Translations under genes and position numbers: made by a program
DNA from: an uncultured Opitutia bacterium
GTDB lineage: Bacteria > Verrucomicrobiota > Verrucomicrobiia > Opitutales > Opitutaceae
DNA length: 64,000 bases
Direction of reading: 5' to 3'
NCBI GenBank assembly: GCA_903830425.1
Contig: CAIKTR010000029.1
Location: forward strand, 10,396 to 74,395
In this document: one piece after another, positions 9,702 through 18,124 of the stretch
Layout: each line of letters begins with the position of its first letter
How positions within the stretch are numbered: position 1 is the stretch's first letter
Notes under the pieces: model-generated
What the model saw: the letters and a program-made list of their open reading frames with translations, nothing else
Database searches by the model: none
Told to the model about the DNA's origin: nothing

Positions 9702-10355
9702 ATGCATTTCGATTCTCCGCCACCGCTTCCCGCCGCCCCCGTCCCCCGCGCCGACGAGGACGATGACGACGATGAGCCGGAAGCCGCCGCCGCCAAGAAA
9801 GGGGGCGGTTCCGTGGCCCTGCTCATCCAGAAGAAATTCCTCGAGCAGCGGAAAATTTTCCTATGGGGCGCCGTGACGGACGAGACGGCGAAGGAGATCA
9901 CCGAGAAGCTGCTGTACCTTGAGACCGTGGCCCCGGGCAAGCCGATCACGTTCTACATCAATTCCCCGGGCGGCTCGATCACCGCCGGCATGGCGGTGTA
10001 CGACACCATGAAGCTGGTCACCTCCCCGATCACGGTGGTCGTGACCGGCATGGCCGCCTCGATGGGCTCCATCCTCCTCTCGGGCGCGCCGAAGGGCCGC
10101 CGGCTGCTCTACCCGCATTCCCGGGTGCTGATCCACCAGCCGCTCATCTCCGGCCGCATGGTCGGGCCCGCGACGGACATCAACATTCAGGCCAAGGAAA
10201 TGGAGAAGCTCCGCGCGGAGCTGAACCAGATCCTGGCGGATGCCTCGGGCCAGCCGCTCGAGAACATCAACCGCGACACCGACCGCGACTTCTACCTCAA
10301 CGCGACGGAGGCCATCGCCTACGGGCTGGCCGACCGCATCGTCGACCAGGTCTAG
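9702..10355 (+). CDS. clpP: ClpP-family serine protease subunit with atypical acidic N-terminus
   Basis: Catalytic triad contexts GMAASMGS (Ser), VLIHQP (His) and DTDRDFYL (Asp) are present. The N-terminus carries DEDDDDDEPE and lacks the canonical ClpP N-terminal loop sequence. The start ATG 9702 is in frame with ORF 8292..10355. Confidence 0.85.
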   Translation: MHFDSPPPLPAAPVPRADEDDDDDEPEAAAAKKGGGSVALLIQKKFLEQRKIFLWGAVTDETAKEITEKLLYLETVAPGKPITFYINSPGGSITAGMAVYDTMKLVTSPITVVVTGMAASMGSILLSGAPKGRRLLYPHSRVLIHQPLISGRMVGPATDINIQAKEMEKLRAELNQILADASGQPLENINRDTDRDFYLNATEAIAYGLADRIVDQV

Positions 10356-10382
10356 TCCCGGCCGGCCCCTGCCTTCCTTCCC

Positions 10383-10415
10383 AGCGCGGCCCCCGCGGGT
10401 CGCGCTATTTTTTTG
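10383..10415 (+). terminator. probable intrinsic terminator of clpP, overlapping the 3' end of the convergent gene
   Basis: AGCGCG (10383-10388) pairs with CGCGCT (10401-10406) around a GC-rich inner stem-loop, followed by TTTTTTT (10408-10414). The T-run also encodes the KK* end of the minus-strand gene. Confidence 0.55.
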
Positions 10416-12051
10416 CCCCGGCGGCCAGCGCGTCGAGCTCGCGGGCCCACGCGGCCGCCTGCTCCGCCTCCCCCGCGGCCAGGGCCGCCGCCCGGGCGTC
10501 GCGCAGCCAGGGCTCGCGCAGCTCCGGCGGCAGCGCCGGGTCCGCCAGGAGGTGCCCGTACAGGTGCACCGCCTGGGCCGGCGCACCCAGCCGTTGCAGC
10601 TCGGCCGCCGCCGCCTGGGCCAGCGCCCACTCGTCCGGGGCCAACGCCCCGGCCGGGATCGCGCCGGCCAGCTCCGCGATCGCCCCCGCCCGGTCCCCGG
10701 CCCGCTCGCGCTGCCGCGACAGCTCCCAGCCGAGCGCCAGACTCGGGTGCTCCTTCTCGCCGGCTTGCAGCACCGCCAGCGCCTGCGCCGGCTGGTGCGC
10801 CGCCTCCAGCAGGTGCATCTTCCGCAGCACCGCATAGTCCGCCAGCCCCGGGGGCAGCCCGGCGCGGCGTTTCCACTGCTGGTCGAAGGACCCCGGGAAG
10901 GGCCGGTACAGCGGATCCCCGATCGCGATCGCCTGCCAGCTCAGCACCGGCTCGGCATAATAGGCCGCGTCGCCAAACGTGTCCCCGCGCGCCAGCGCGC
11001 GCAGCAGCAGGTCCGGCCGGTGCAGCAGCTGCAGGTAGGGCTCGAAGACGTTGCCCACCGTCGCCGTCACCCCCCGCGCCACCAGCGGGCCGCTCCAGCC
11101 GGCGGTCGCCGAGCGCAGCGTCGTGGCCGACCCGCTGTGGAGGTGCACCGCCACCGCCCCGGCCGGAAACCGAAACCCCGGCAGCGCAAACGGCCCGTTG
11201 AGGTTCTCGGCGTACCAGCCGAAGTAGAGCGCCGGCGCATCGCTGCGCGCCGTCGCCGGCCGCGTGCCGGGCGCCGCGTCCACGTCCGGGTCAAAGCCGA
11301 GCTCGCGCAGCTGCGCGGCCACCGCCTGCAGCCAGCGGTCGCCGTCCGGATGCGGGCCCCCGAGGTCGACGTACGCCCGCCCCAGCAGCCCGGTCCGCTC
11401 CGCCGCCAGCGCCCGGTCCACCAGCGCCCCGGCGTCCGCGGCCGTCGGGCCGTCGAGCCGCGAGACCTTCACGACCTGTGCCGGCTCCCCCGCGGCCGGC
11501 CGGTCCCGGCGGTAGAGCGGGTTGACGAGGAAGGCGTTGATCGGGCTCTCGTTCACGGCCAGCAGGCTCAGCTCCGAGTCGACCGCCGCCGCGTTGGTCT
11601 GGAAAAAGGGGTTGTCCGTCAGCGGCGGGTGCGGGCGGTAGAGCGCCGGATCGTGGCGGATGCGCAGCGGCACGCCGCGGCACACGACCAGGTAGGAAAG
11701 ATGGTGGCCGGAGAACGCGTGCTTCCGGCGCCCCACCGCATCCGTCAGCGCCATCGGGATCGCCTCGATCCACCGGCGCCGGACCAGCTCGTCCTGCAGC
11801 GGCTGCCAGATCGCGGTGACGAATTCCGACCACGAGATGGTCTCGGTGAGCGGCATGCCCAGGGCCAGGATGTTCGCCGCCGGCACGCCGCGCGCCTCGG
11901 CGTAGTGCTGGGCGATGCGCACCGAGTCCGGATCGTCGCGGTTGGCGAGCAGGATGACCCGCGCGGCCAGCCGGTCGGCGCCCGCCAGCGGGCCCGTCGC
12001 CAGCGCGGCCAGCAGCAGCAGCGTCCCGAGGGTCTTGCACAGCAGGGTCAC
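10405..12051 (-). CDS. secreted conserved hypothetical protein (TIGR03790-like N-terminal region, TPR-like helical C-terminus)
   Basis: VILLANRDDPDSVRIAQHYAEARGVP...ILAL resembles the TIGR03790 family as I recall it. The C-terminal ~150 aa is Ala/Leu-rich and helical-repeat-like. The start is placed at GTG 12051, giving a signal peptide (LLCKTLGTLLLLAALATGPLAGA). The ORF maximum is 12189. Confidence 0.65.
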   Translation of the reverse strand: MTLLCKTLGTLLLLAALATGPLAGADRLAARVILLANRDDPDSVRIAQHYAEARGVPAANILALGMPLTETISWSEFVTAIWQPLQDELVRRRWIEAIPMALTDAVGRRKHAFSGHHLSYLVVCRGVPLRIRHDPALYRPHPPLTDNPFFQTNAAAVDSELSLLAVNESPINAFLVNPLYRRDRPAAGEPAQVVKVSRLDGPTAADAGALVDRALAAERTGLLGRAYVDLGGPHPDGDRWLQAVAAQLRELGFDPDVDAAPGTRPATARSDAPALYFGWYAENLNGPFALPGFRFPAGAVAVHLHSGSATTLRSATAGWSGPLVARGVTATVGNVFEPYLQLLHRPDLLLRALARGDTFGDAAYYAEPVLSWQAIAIGDPLYRPFPGSFDQQWKRRAGLPPGLADYAVLRKMHLLEAAHQPAQALAVLQAGEKEHPSLALGWELSRQRERAGDRAGAIAELAGAIPAGALAPDEWALAQAAAAELQRLGAPAQAVHLYGHLLADPALPPELREPWLRDARAAALAAGEAEQAAAWARELDALAAGAKK

Positions 12052-12208
12052 GCCCGGCGACTGTGCCGGGCCGGCGGGCGATTTCGAGGCTCGATTCGAC
12101 CCGCTTGCCAAGGCCCCGCCAACCCGCTTGGCTCCGCCCGGCGCTGGACTCCGCCGTCCCGCGCCGGCGGGCCGGACGACCCGGCCCATCCTCCCACCGC
12201 TCCCCGCT

Positions 12209-12601
12209 GTGTACCTCTACCTTCTCATTGCCCTGGGCGGCGCCCTCGGCAGCGTCGCCCGCCACTGGCTGTCCGAAACCGTGACCGCCCGCTTCGACGG
12301 CGTCTTCCCCTGGGGCACCTTCGTCGTCAACCTCACCGGCTGCCTCGCGATCGGCTTTCTCGCGTCGCTGCCCGGCCTCGGCGGCCGCCCGTTCAGCAGC
12401 GTCGAGACCCGGTGCTTTTTCCTGACCGGCGTGTGCGGCGGCTACACGACGTTTTCCACCTTCAGCGCCCAGACGCTCACCCTCCTGCGGGCCGGGGACA
12501 CCCTGCGCGCCGGCGCCTACGTCGTCAGCTCGGTCACGCTCTGCGTGCTCGGCGTCTGGGTCGGCCACCTGCTGGCGTCGTCGCTGGCGGCGGCCCGCTG
12601 A
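12209..12601 (+). CDS. crcB: fluoride ion channel CrcB/FluC
   Basis: LGSVARH, PWGTFVVNLTGC and GGYTTFSTFS are typical CrcB motifs. GTG start at 12209, about 130 aa. Confidence 0.85.
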   Translation: MYLYLLIALGGALGSVARHWLSETVTARFDGVFPWGTFVVNLTGCLAIGFLASLPGLGGRPFSSVETRCFFLTGVCGGYTTFSTFSAQTLTLLRAGDTLRAGAYVVSSVTLCVLGVWVGHLLASSLAAAR

Positions 12602-12618
12602 ATCCGCCGCCAAACCCC

Positions 12619-13047
12619 ATGGCCAGCTCCTGGATCTTCTGGGCCCTGCTCTCCGCCGTCTTCGCCGGGCTCACGGCCGTGCTGGCCAAGGCCGGCGTGG
12701 CCGGCGTGAACTCCCATCTCGCGACGGCCATCCGCACCTCCGTCGTGCTGGTCTTCGCCTGGGCGATCGCCGGGCTGACCGTCCGGCCGCTGGCCTTGGG
12801 CGAGCTCTCGCGGCGGACCTGGCTTTTCCTCGCGCTCTCGGGCCTCGCCACCGGGCTGTCCTGGCTCTGCTATTTCCGCGCGCTGCAGCTCGGCCCCGCG
12901 TCGCAGGTCGCCCCGGTCGACAAGCTCAGCGTGGTCTTCGTGCTCCTCTTCGCCGCCCTGTTCCTGCACGAGCCCCTCAGCCTGAAAAGCGGCCTCGGGG
13001 CGCTCCTGATCGTGGCGGGCGCGATCGTGCTGGCCTGGCGGCCCTGA
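12619..13047 (+). CDS. small EamA/DMT-superfamily membrane protein (single EamA domain)
   Basis: 142 aa with four to five hydrophobic helices. Ends in a typical EamA pattern (FLHEPLSLKSGLGALLIVAGAIVL). Confidence 0.75.
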   Translation: MASSWIFWALLSAVFAGLTAVLAKAGVAGVNSHLATAIRTSVVLVFAWAIAGLTVRPLALGELSRRTWLFLALSGLATGLSWLCYFRALQLGPASQVAPVDKLSVVFVLLFAALFLHEPLSLKSGLGALLIVAGAIVLAWRP

Positions 13048-13056
13048 GGCCGGCCG

Positions 13057-14133
13057 CTACCGCGCCGCCGGCGGGGACGCCGCCTGGCGCTTGAGCAGCT
13101 GCGTGCGCAGGTAGGTGTCGGGAACCGTGTTGCGCCAGGCGGTCACCCACACCGAGGCGAGCATCTGGCCGCCCTGCAGCAGCTGGCCCTCCATGAAGGC
13201 CCGCCCGGCGGGATTGACCGGGCCGTGGTTCCGATCCGGCAGCCCCTGCTTTTCCAGCTCGTTGCTGAACTGGCCGGCCTTTTCCATCCGATAGATGGGC
13301 TCCACCAGCCGGTTCTCCGCCAGCACGTAATCCATCACGGCCACAAACAGCGGATCCCGCCCGTCCGACCGCGCCGGCAGCGCCAGGGCCCGCGCCGGGG
13401 TGACCCGCGGCAGCAGTTCGGCCGGGGTGATGCCCGCCTTCTGGATGAAGCCGCTGTCGATCCAGGTGTGAAACTTGTTCCACGTCGTGTAGCCCGCGGG
13501 ATTGGGGCCCACCCAGCCGTTGTGATGATCCGTGACATGCAGCGGCTGCGCGCAGTCGGCGACGTAGTGGCCCATGACCCCCATCACGTAGAGGACGTCG
13601 GCCCGGGCGTTGGCAATCTCCTCGGGCGTGCCCAGCTCCTCGAACGTCTTGAGATACATGAAGGAGGACTTGAGCTTGGCATAATACTCCGTGATCGCCC
13701 ACGGCACAAAGCCCGGCCACTCGCGGGTGTGGTCGGAATTCTTGGCGGGGTCGATCGCGGGAAAGTGCTGCGGGTGCGCCGCACGGCCGGCGGCGAACGC
13801 CACGGCGAAATCCAGGCGGAAGGACGACACGGTGGCCGGGTCGATTCCGGCCGCCGGCAGCTGCTCCACGTCGAGAAAATGGTCGGTCCAGCTCCCGCCC
13901 GCCTGGCGCAGCGGCAGGTCGGGGACGTTGCGCCACCGGTCGGGCTCGCCCGCGAGGAACGCGATGCGCTCGGCGGAAGCGGGCTCGTGGACGAACGCCG
14001 GGAACTCCGGCGGCAGCGCCGCCAGCGCCAGCTGGTTGACCAGACGATGGCCGTCGTAGTCCCAGGCGCGCACGACGACGGGAGACAGGACAATCGCGGC
14101 CAACGCGATCCGGACGAGGGGGGATGATTTCAT
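13057..14133 (-). CDS. secreted S1/P1 nuclease / zinc phospholipase C superfamily protein
   Basis: Signal peptide, then a mature N-terminus WDYDGHRLV (compare the WGxxGH start of S1/P1 nucleases) and a His/Asp cluster GHYVADCAQPLHVTDHHNGW. The start at MKSSPL (14133) overlaps the upstream amidase stop by 4 nt. Confidence 0.65.
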   Translation of the reverse strand: MKSSPLVRIALAAIVLSPVVVRAWDYDGHRLVNQLALAALPPEFPAFVHEPASAERIAFLAGEPDRWRNVPDLPLRQAGGSWTDHFLDVEQLPAAGIDPATVSSFRLDFAVAFAAGRAAHPQHFPAIDPAKNSDHTREWPGFVPWAITEYYAKLKSSFMYLKTFEELGTPEEIANARADVLYVMGVMGHYVADCAQPLHVTDHHNGWVGPNPAGYTTWNKFHTWIDSGFIQKAGITPAELLPRVTPARALALPARSDGRDPLFVAVMDYVLAENRLVEPIYRMEKAGQFSNELEKQGLPDRNHGPVNPAGRAFMEGQLLQGGQMLASVWVTAWRNTVPDTYLRTQLLKRQAASPPAAR

Positions 14134-15272
14134 GGGGAGGTAGGGGAACGGGCGGCGGCGGGCTTCGCCGGGAGCGAGCGCAGCGCGGCGGCGTAGGCCT
14201 CCAGGCCCGCGGCCAGCGACTCCGCGATCCGCTGCCGGCCCGGCGCGGTCGCGGCGAGGTTCGCCTCGCGGTCGTTGGAGAGGAAGATCGACTCGACCAG
14301 CACGGCGGGGCAGTGCAGGCCGCGCAGCACGGCCGAGTGCATGGTCTTCTGGCCGCGGTCGAGGGTCTGGAGGGCGCCGATCACCTCCCGGTGCATCAGC
14401 TGGGCGAGCAGCGCGCTCCACGGGTCGAAGCGGTTGACCGGCGCGGCTTCCCGCTCGGTGTCGTCCGGCTCCACCGGGCTCCAGGCGCGGTCCGAGCGCT
14501 GGTCCTGCGGCGTAAAGGTGTAGGTCTCCGTGCCGCTGGTCTTGGTGTCCGGGTAGAGCGAGTTGAAGTGCAGGCTGACAAAGACGTCCGCCCCGGCGCG
14601 GTTGGCGAGTTCCGCGCGCCGGCGGAAATCCGTGGGCTTGTCCGGCGCCAGCGGCCGGTCGTCCGTCCGGGTGAGCACCACCTGGTACCCGCGGGCCGTG
14701 AGCAGCCGCTGCAGGCGCTGCGCCACCTCCAGCGTGAGCAGCTTTTCCTTCAGTCCGAGCCGCTTGTTTTCCATGCCGTTGTCGTGGCCGCCGTGGCCGG
14801 GGTCGAGCACGATCACCTGCAGGCGCGGCCACGGGGCGCCCACCAGCGCGGGCCGCAGGCGCGGCAGCAGCAGGCGCTCGTAGTCCCCGCGACTGAGGTA
14901 GAGCGCGCCGTTGCGCCCGGCCACCGCCCGGCTGAGAAACAGCCGCAGGCCGTTGAGGCTCACCTCGCGGCTGTCGGCCTCAAATTCCACCCGGCAGGCG
15001 GCATCCGCCAGCACCAGCCGGCGCTCCTTTTCCCGCCACTCCGCCTTCAGTCCCAGCCGGGACGCGGCCTCGCGCAGGGAGAAATAATCCACCCCGCCGA
15101 GTCGGGTGACCGCCAGCGCCGCCGGCCGGGCCTGGGCCGGGGCCAGGGTCGGGGCGGGACCGCCGCCGCCGGTCGGCCGGGTGGGAACCGTGCGCACCAC
15201 GGGCTCGGCCGCGGCACAGCAGGCCAGCAAGAGCGGCAAGCCCAGGGCGCAACGTAGGGCCGCCGGCAACAT
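14130..15272 (-). CDS. N-acetylmuramoyl-L-alanine amidase (Amidase_3 family)
   Basis: VIVLDPGHGGHDNGM ... ADVFVSLHFNS are Amidase_3 zinc-site motifs. An N-terminal signal peptide and an AMIN-like region are present. Confidence 0.85.
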   Translation of the reverse strand: MLPAALRCALGLPLLLACCAAAEPVVRTVPTRPTGGGGPAPTLAPAQARPAALAVTRLGGVDYFSLREAASRLGLKAEWREKERRLVLADAACRVEFEADSREVSLNGLRLFLSRAVAGRNGALYLSRGDYERLLLPRLRPALVGAPWPRLQVIVLDPGHGGHDNGMENKRLGLKEKLLTLEVAQRLQRLLTARGYQVVLTRTDDRPLAPDKPTDFRRRAELANRAGADVFVSLHFNSLYPDTKTSGTETYTFTPQDQRSDRAWSPVEPDDTEREAAPVNRFDPWSALLAQLMHREVIGALQTLDRGQKTMHSAVLRGLHCPAVLVESIFLSNDREANLAATAPGRQRIAESLAAGLEAYAAALRSLPAKPAAARSPTSP

Positions 15273-15284
15273 GGCGGCGCGGGG

Positions 15285-15947
15285 TCAGGTGCCCGCGGAC
15301 GGCTCGGCGGCCGGCGCTTCGTCCTCCGGCTCGTCCATCTCTTCCGGCTCGAACTTCGGCTTGCGCTTGTTCACGGGCAGCGGGGTGAGCATCACGTGGA
15401 TGTTGCGGCCGATCAGCTTGGGATCCGCATCCGGATGCCCCATGCCGACCAGCTCGGCCACCGCGCGCTTCATGACGTCAAAGCCGATCTCGGTGTGGGC
15501 CATCTCGCGGCCGCGGAACTTCAGGCGGAGCTTCACCTTGTTGCCGTGGGCGAGGAAGCCCTCGGCGTGGCGCAACTTGGTCATGAAGTCGTTCTGCTCG
15601 ATGCGCGCGCTGAACTCGATCTCCTTGATCTTGCTCGCGGTGGACTTCACGTGGGAGGTCTTTTTCGACTCCTCGTAGACGTACTTGCCGAAATCCATGA
15701 TGCGGCACACCGGCGGCGTCGCGTTGGGCGCCACCTCGACCAGATCGAGCCCGACTTCGAGCGCGAGATTGATCGCCTTGGCCGTGTCGATCACGCCGAG
15801 CTGCTTGCCCTCGGGCGAGATCAGGCGCACTTGGGGAACCTTGATGCGGTGGTTGCGGCGGATGGCCGCGAACGGGTCGACATTGCGACGCTGATAGGAG
15901 CCGGTGCGATTGCCGCCAGCGGCGGGAGGGAACGAAGTAGCCATCAA
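15285..15947 (-). CDS. infC: translation initiation factor IF-3
   Basis: NHRIKVPQVRLISPEGKQLGVIDT..AL..A...GLDLVEV and the C-domain KVKLRLKFRGREMAH match IF-3. It has an acidic C-terminal tail. Confidence 0.9.
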   Translation of the reverse strand: MMATSFPPAAGGNRTGSYQRRNVDPFAAIRRNHRIKVPQVRLISPEGKQLGVIDTAKAINLALEVGLDLVEVAPNATPPVCRIMDFGKYVYEESKKTSHVKSTASKIKEIEFSARIEQNDFMTKLRHAEGFLAHGNKVKLRLKFRGREMAHTEIGFDVMKRAVAELVGMGHPDADPKLIGRNIHVMLTPLPVNKRKPKFEPEEMDEPEDEAPAAEPSAGT

Positions 15948-16052
15948 TTAGGGTTGGATCGGGTGTTAGGTCGGGCGGTTTTTCGCCGGGAAGCGCCTGA
16001 ATGACAACACCTATTTGGCCCGGCCCCGGCCGGGCGGGGGCCGGCGGGGGGC

Positions 16053-16433
16053 TCAGACACTGAAGCTTTCGCCGCAGGAGCAGCTGGCCTTGGCGTTGGG
16101 GTTCGAGAACTTGAAGCCGCCCGCCACCATCGCGTCCGAATAGTCCAGCCGGGTCCCCTTGAGAAAGAGCGCGCTCTTGCTGTCCACCACCACCGGCACC
16201 CCAGCCGTCTGCACCAGGATGTCACCCCGCCGCGGGACGGGCGTGAATTTCATCTTGTAGCTGAGCCCGTTGCAGCCGCCGCCGGTGATCGCCAGCCGCA
16301 GGAACTCCCCCTGCCCTTCCCGCGCCATCAGCGCCGTCACCTTCGTGCCCGCCTCCGGCGTGAGCTGCACCAGCTGCTCGTTGCCCGCGCGGACCCCCTC
16401 GGGCAGGGCGGTGGGGGTGGCGGGGGTGGACAT
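16053..16433 (-). CDS. iron-sulfur cluster insertion protein (IscA/ErpA/SufA, HesB family)
   Basis: GGGCNGLSY and the C-terminal SCSCGESFSV are the three-Cys HesB signature. Confidence 0.9.
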   Translation of the reverse strand: MSTPATPTALPEGVRAGNEQLVQLTPEAGTKVTALMAREGQGEFLRLAITGGGCNGLSYKMKFTPVPRRGDILVQTAGVPVVVDSKSALFLKGTRLDYSDAMVAGGFKFSNPNAKASCSCGESFSV

Positions 16434-16444
16434 GCGGGGGCGGA

Positions 16445-17377
16445 CTATTGCTCCGCCCGGTATTTTATCAAGCGCCGGGCCGCTTTCACCGCGTTGGCAA
16501 AGCTGGTCCCCCGGGCCCGCCCCTGCCCTGCCAGGCCAAAGGCCGTGCCGTGGTCCGGGCTGGTGCGCACGAACGGCAGGCCGAGCGTGACGTTCACCGC
16601 CTCGTCAAAATCCACCGCCTTCAGCGGCGCCAGCCCCTGGTCGTGGTACAGCGCCACGATCACATCGAACTCCCCCTGCAGCGCGCGGGCAAACAGCGTG
16701 TCCGCCGACTCGCAGCGCGACAGCCCGGGAAAGTTCGTCCGCAGCCGGTCGAGCGCAGGATCCAGCAGGTCGCGCTCCTCCTCGCCCAGCAGCCCCTGCT
16801 CGCCCGCGTGGGGATTGAGGCCGCACACCCCGATCCGCGGCCGGGCCACGCCGTCCGCCCGCGCCAGCAGGTCCGCCGCCGCGACCGTGCGCTGCAGCAG
16901 GTGCGGCCCGAGCAGGCGCGAGACCTGGTGCAGCGGCACGTGCCAGGTCGCGAGCACCACCCGCAGCCGGCCGCCGCAAAAGGCCATCACCGGCGCGCCG
17001 CCCCAGCGCGCGGCGAAAAATTCGGTCTGGCCGGGAAACTCGAAGCCGAGGCGCGCCAGCCCCGCCTTGCTGACGGGCCCCGTCACCACCGCGGCAAACT
17101 CCCCCGTCCGGCAGCCCGCGGCCGCCCGCTCCAGCGCCGCCCACGCCACCAGCGCGCCGTCGGCCGTCGGCTGGCCGGGCACGGCGGAGAAATCCTCCAG
17201 CCCCACCGCGATCTGCTGCGCCGGGGTGGCCAGCGTCGCCAGCCAGCCGGCCGGCCCGAGGATCGCCACGTCCCGCGCTTCCGCCGCGTGCGCCGCCAGC
17301 CAGCCGGCGATGATCTCCGGCCCGACGCCCGCCGGGTCGCCGCAGGTGAAGGCAAGCTTAGCCGGCATCGGTGGCAT
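16445..17377 (-). CDS. pdxA: 4-hydroxythreonine-4-phosphate dehydrogenase
   Basis: TCGDPAGVGPEI, GLNPHAGE, ALYHDQGLAPLK and RTSPDHGTAF are PdxA motifs. The start is ATG 17377 or 17368 and overlaps the lpxA stop. The ORF maximum is 17518. Confidence 0.9.
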   Translation of the reverse strand: MPPMPAKLAFTCGDPAGVGPEIIAGWLAAHAAEARDVAILGPAGWLATLATPAQQIAVGLEDFSAVPGQPTADGALVAWAALERAAAGCRTGEFAAVVTGPVSKAGLARLGFEFPGQTEFFAARWGGAPVMAFCGGRLRVVLATWHVPLHQVSRLLGPHLLQRTVAAADLLARADGVARPRIGVCGLNPHAGEQGLLGEEERDLLDPALDRLRTNFPGLSRCESADTLFARALQGEFDVIVALYHDQGLAPLKAVDFDEAVNVTLGLPFVRTSPDHGTAFGLAGQGRARGTSFANAVKAARRLIKYRAEQ

Positions 17378-18119
17378 CGCCCGCGCTCCGGCGCGGCCGC
17401 GCAAAGCTGCGCTGGCCGCCCGCGAAAAATTCCAGGAACCGCCGGGCCTCCGGCGCCGGATACGTCCCGCCCGCCAGCGCCGCCGCGGCCAGCGCCCGGA
17501 TGTTGCCCGCCGCGCCATAGACCGCCGGATAGGCCTGCTTCAGCTGGGCGACCACCGCGCGCTCCAGCCCGCGCCGCTTGAGGCCGACCAGGTTGAACCC
17601 GATCACCTCGTCGCGCCCCGCCACCATCACGAAGGGCGGCACGTCGCGCGTGAGCGACGCGTGGCCCGCCACCATCACGCCCTCGCCAATGCGGCAGAAC
17701 TGGTGCGCCGCCGCCCCGCCGCCGAGGAAGGTGTGGTCGCCCACCGTCACATGCCCGGCCAGCAGCACCCCGTTGGCCAGCACCACCTGGTCGCCCACCA
17801 CGCAGTCGTGCGCCACGTGGCTCGCGGCCATCAGAAAGCAGTTCGCCCCCACCACCGTCCACCCGCCCGCCTGGATCGAGCGGTTGAGCGTGACGTGCTC
17901 GCGGATCACGGTCCCCGCGCCGACCCGGAGCCCCGACGCGGTCGCCCGGTCGAACTTGAGGTACTGCGGGTCGCCGCCCACCACGGCATAGGGGTGCACC
18001 ACGACGCGGTCGCCGAGCACGCAGTGCCGCGTGACGATCGCCCCGGCCATGATCTCGCAGTCGGCCCCGAGCTGCGCGCCGGGCTCCACCAGCGCGGTGG
18101 GATGGATGACGGTGGGCAT
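17358..18119 (-). CDS. lpxA: acyl-ACP--UDP-N-acetylglucosamine O-acyltransferase
   Basis: IHPTALVEPGAQLG followed by left-handed beta-helix hexapeptide repeats and a helical C-terminus. The length of 253 aa is typical of LpxA. Confidence 0.9.
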   Translation of the reverse strand: MPTVIHPTALVEPGAQLGADCEIMAGAIVTRHCVLGDRVVVHPYAVVGGDPQYLKFDRATASGLRVGAGTVIREHVTLNRSIQAGGWTVVGANCFLMAASHVAHDCVVGDQVVLANGVLLAGHVTVGDHTFLGGGAAAHQFCRIGEGVMVAGHASLTRDVPPFVMVAGRDEVIGFNLVGLKRRGLERAVVAQLKQAYPAVYGAAGNIRALAAAALAGGTYPAPEARRFLEFFAGGQRSFARPRRSAGDATDAG

Positions 18120-18124
18120 CGCGG

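Noticed and set aside
12052-12208. Possible fluoride (crcB motif) riboswitch upstream of crcB.
   Set aside because: Only a loose match to the 3' half. The conserved GGCGAUGG-type 5' segment and the pseudoknot partner are absent by eye. It needs cmsearch for a definitive answer.
10240-13047. Composite 935-aa plus-strand ORF. Similar composites are 8292..10355, 20243..23386, 23531..25903 and 36366..40160.
   Set aside because: Only the C-terminal parts (EamA, ClpP, POT, TIGR02466-like, tricorn-like) look like real proteins. The upstream extensions are Arg/Pro-rich, overlap well-supported genes on the other strand, and contain sensible internal starts.
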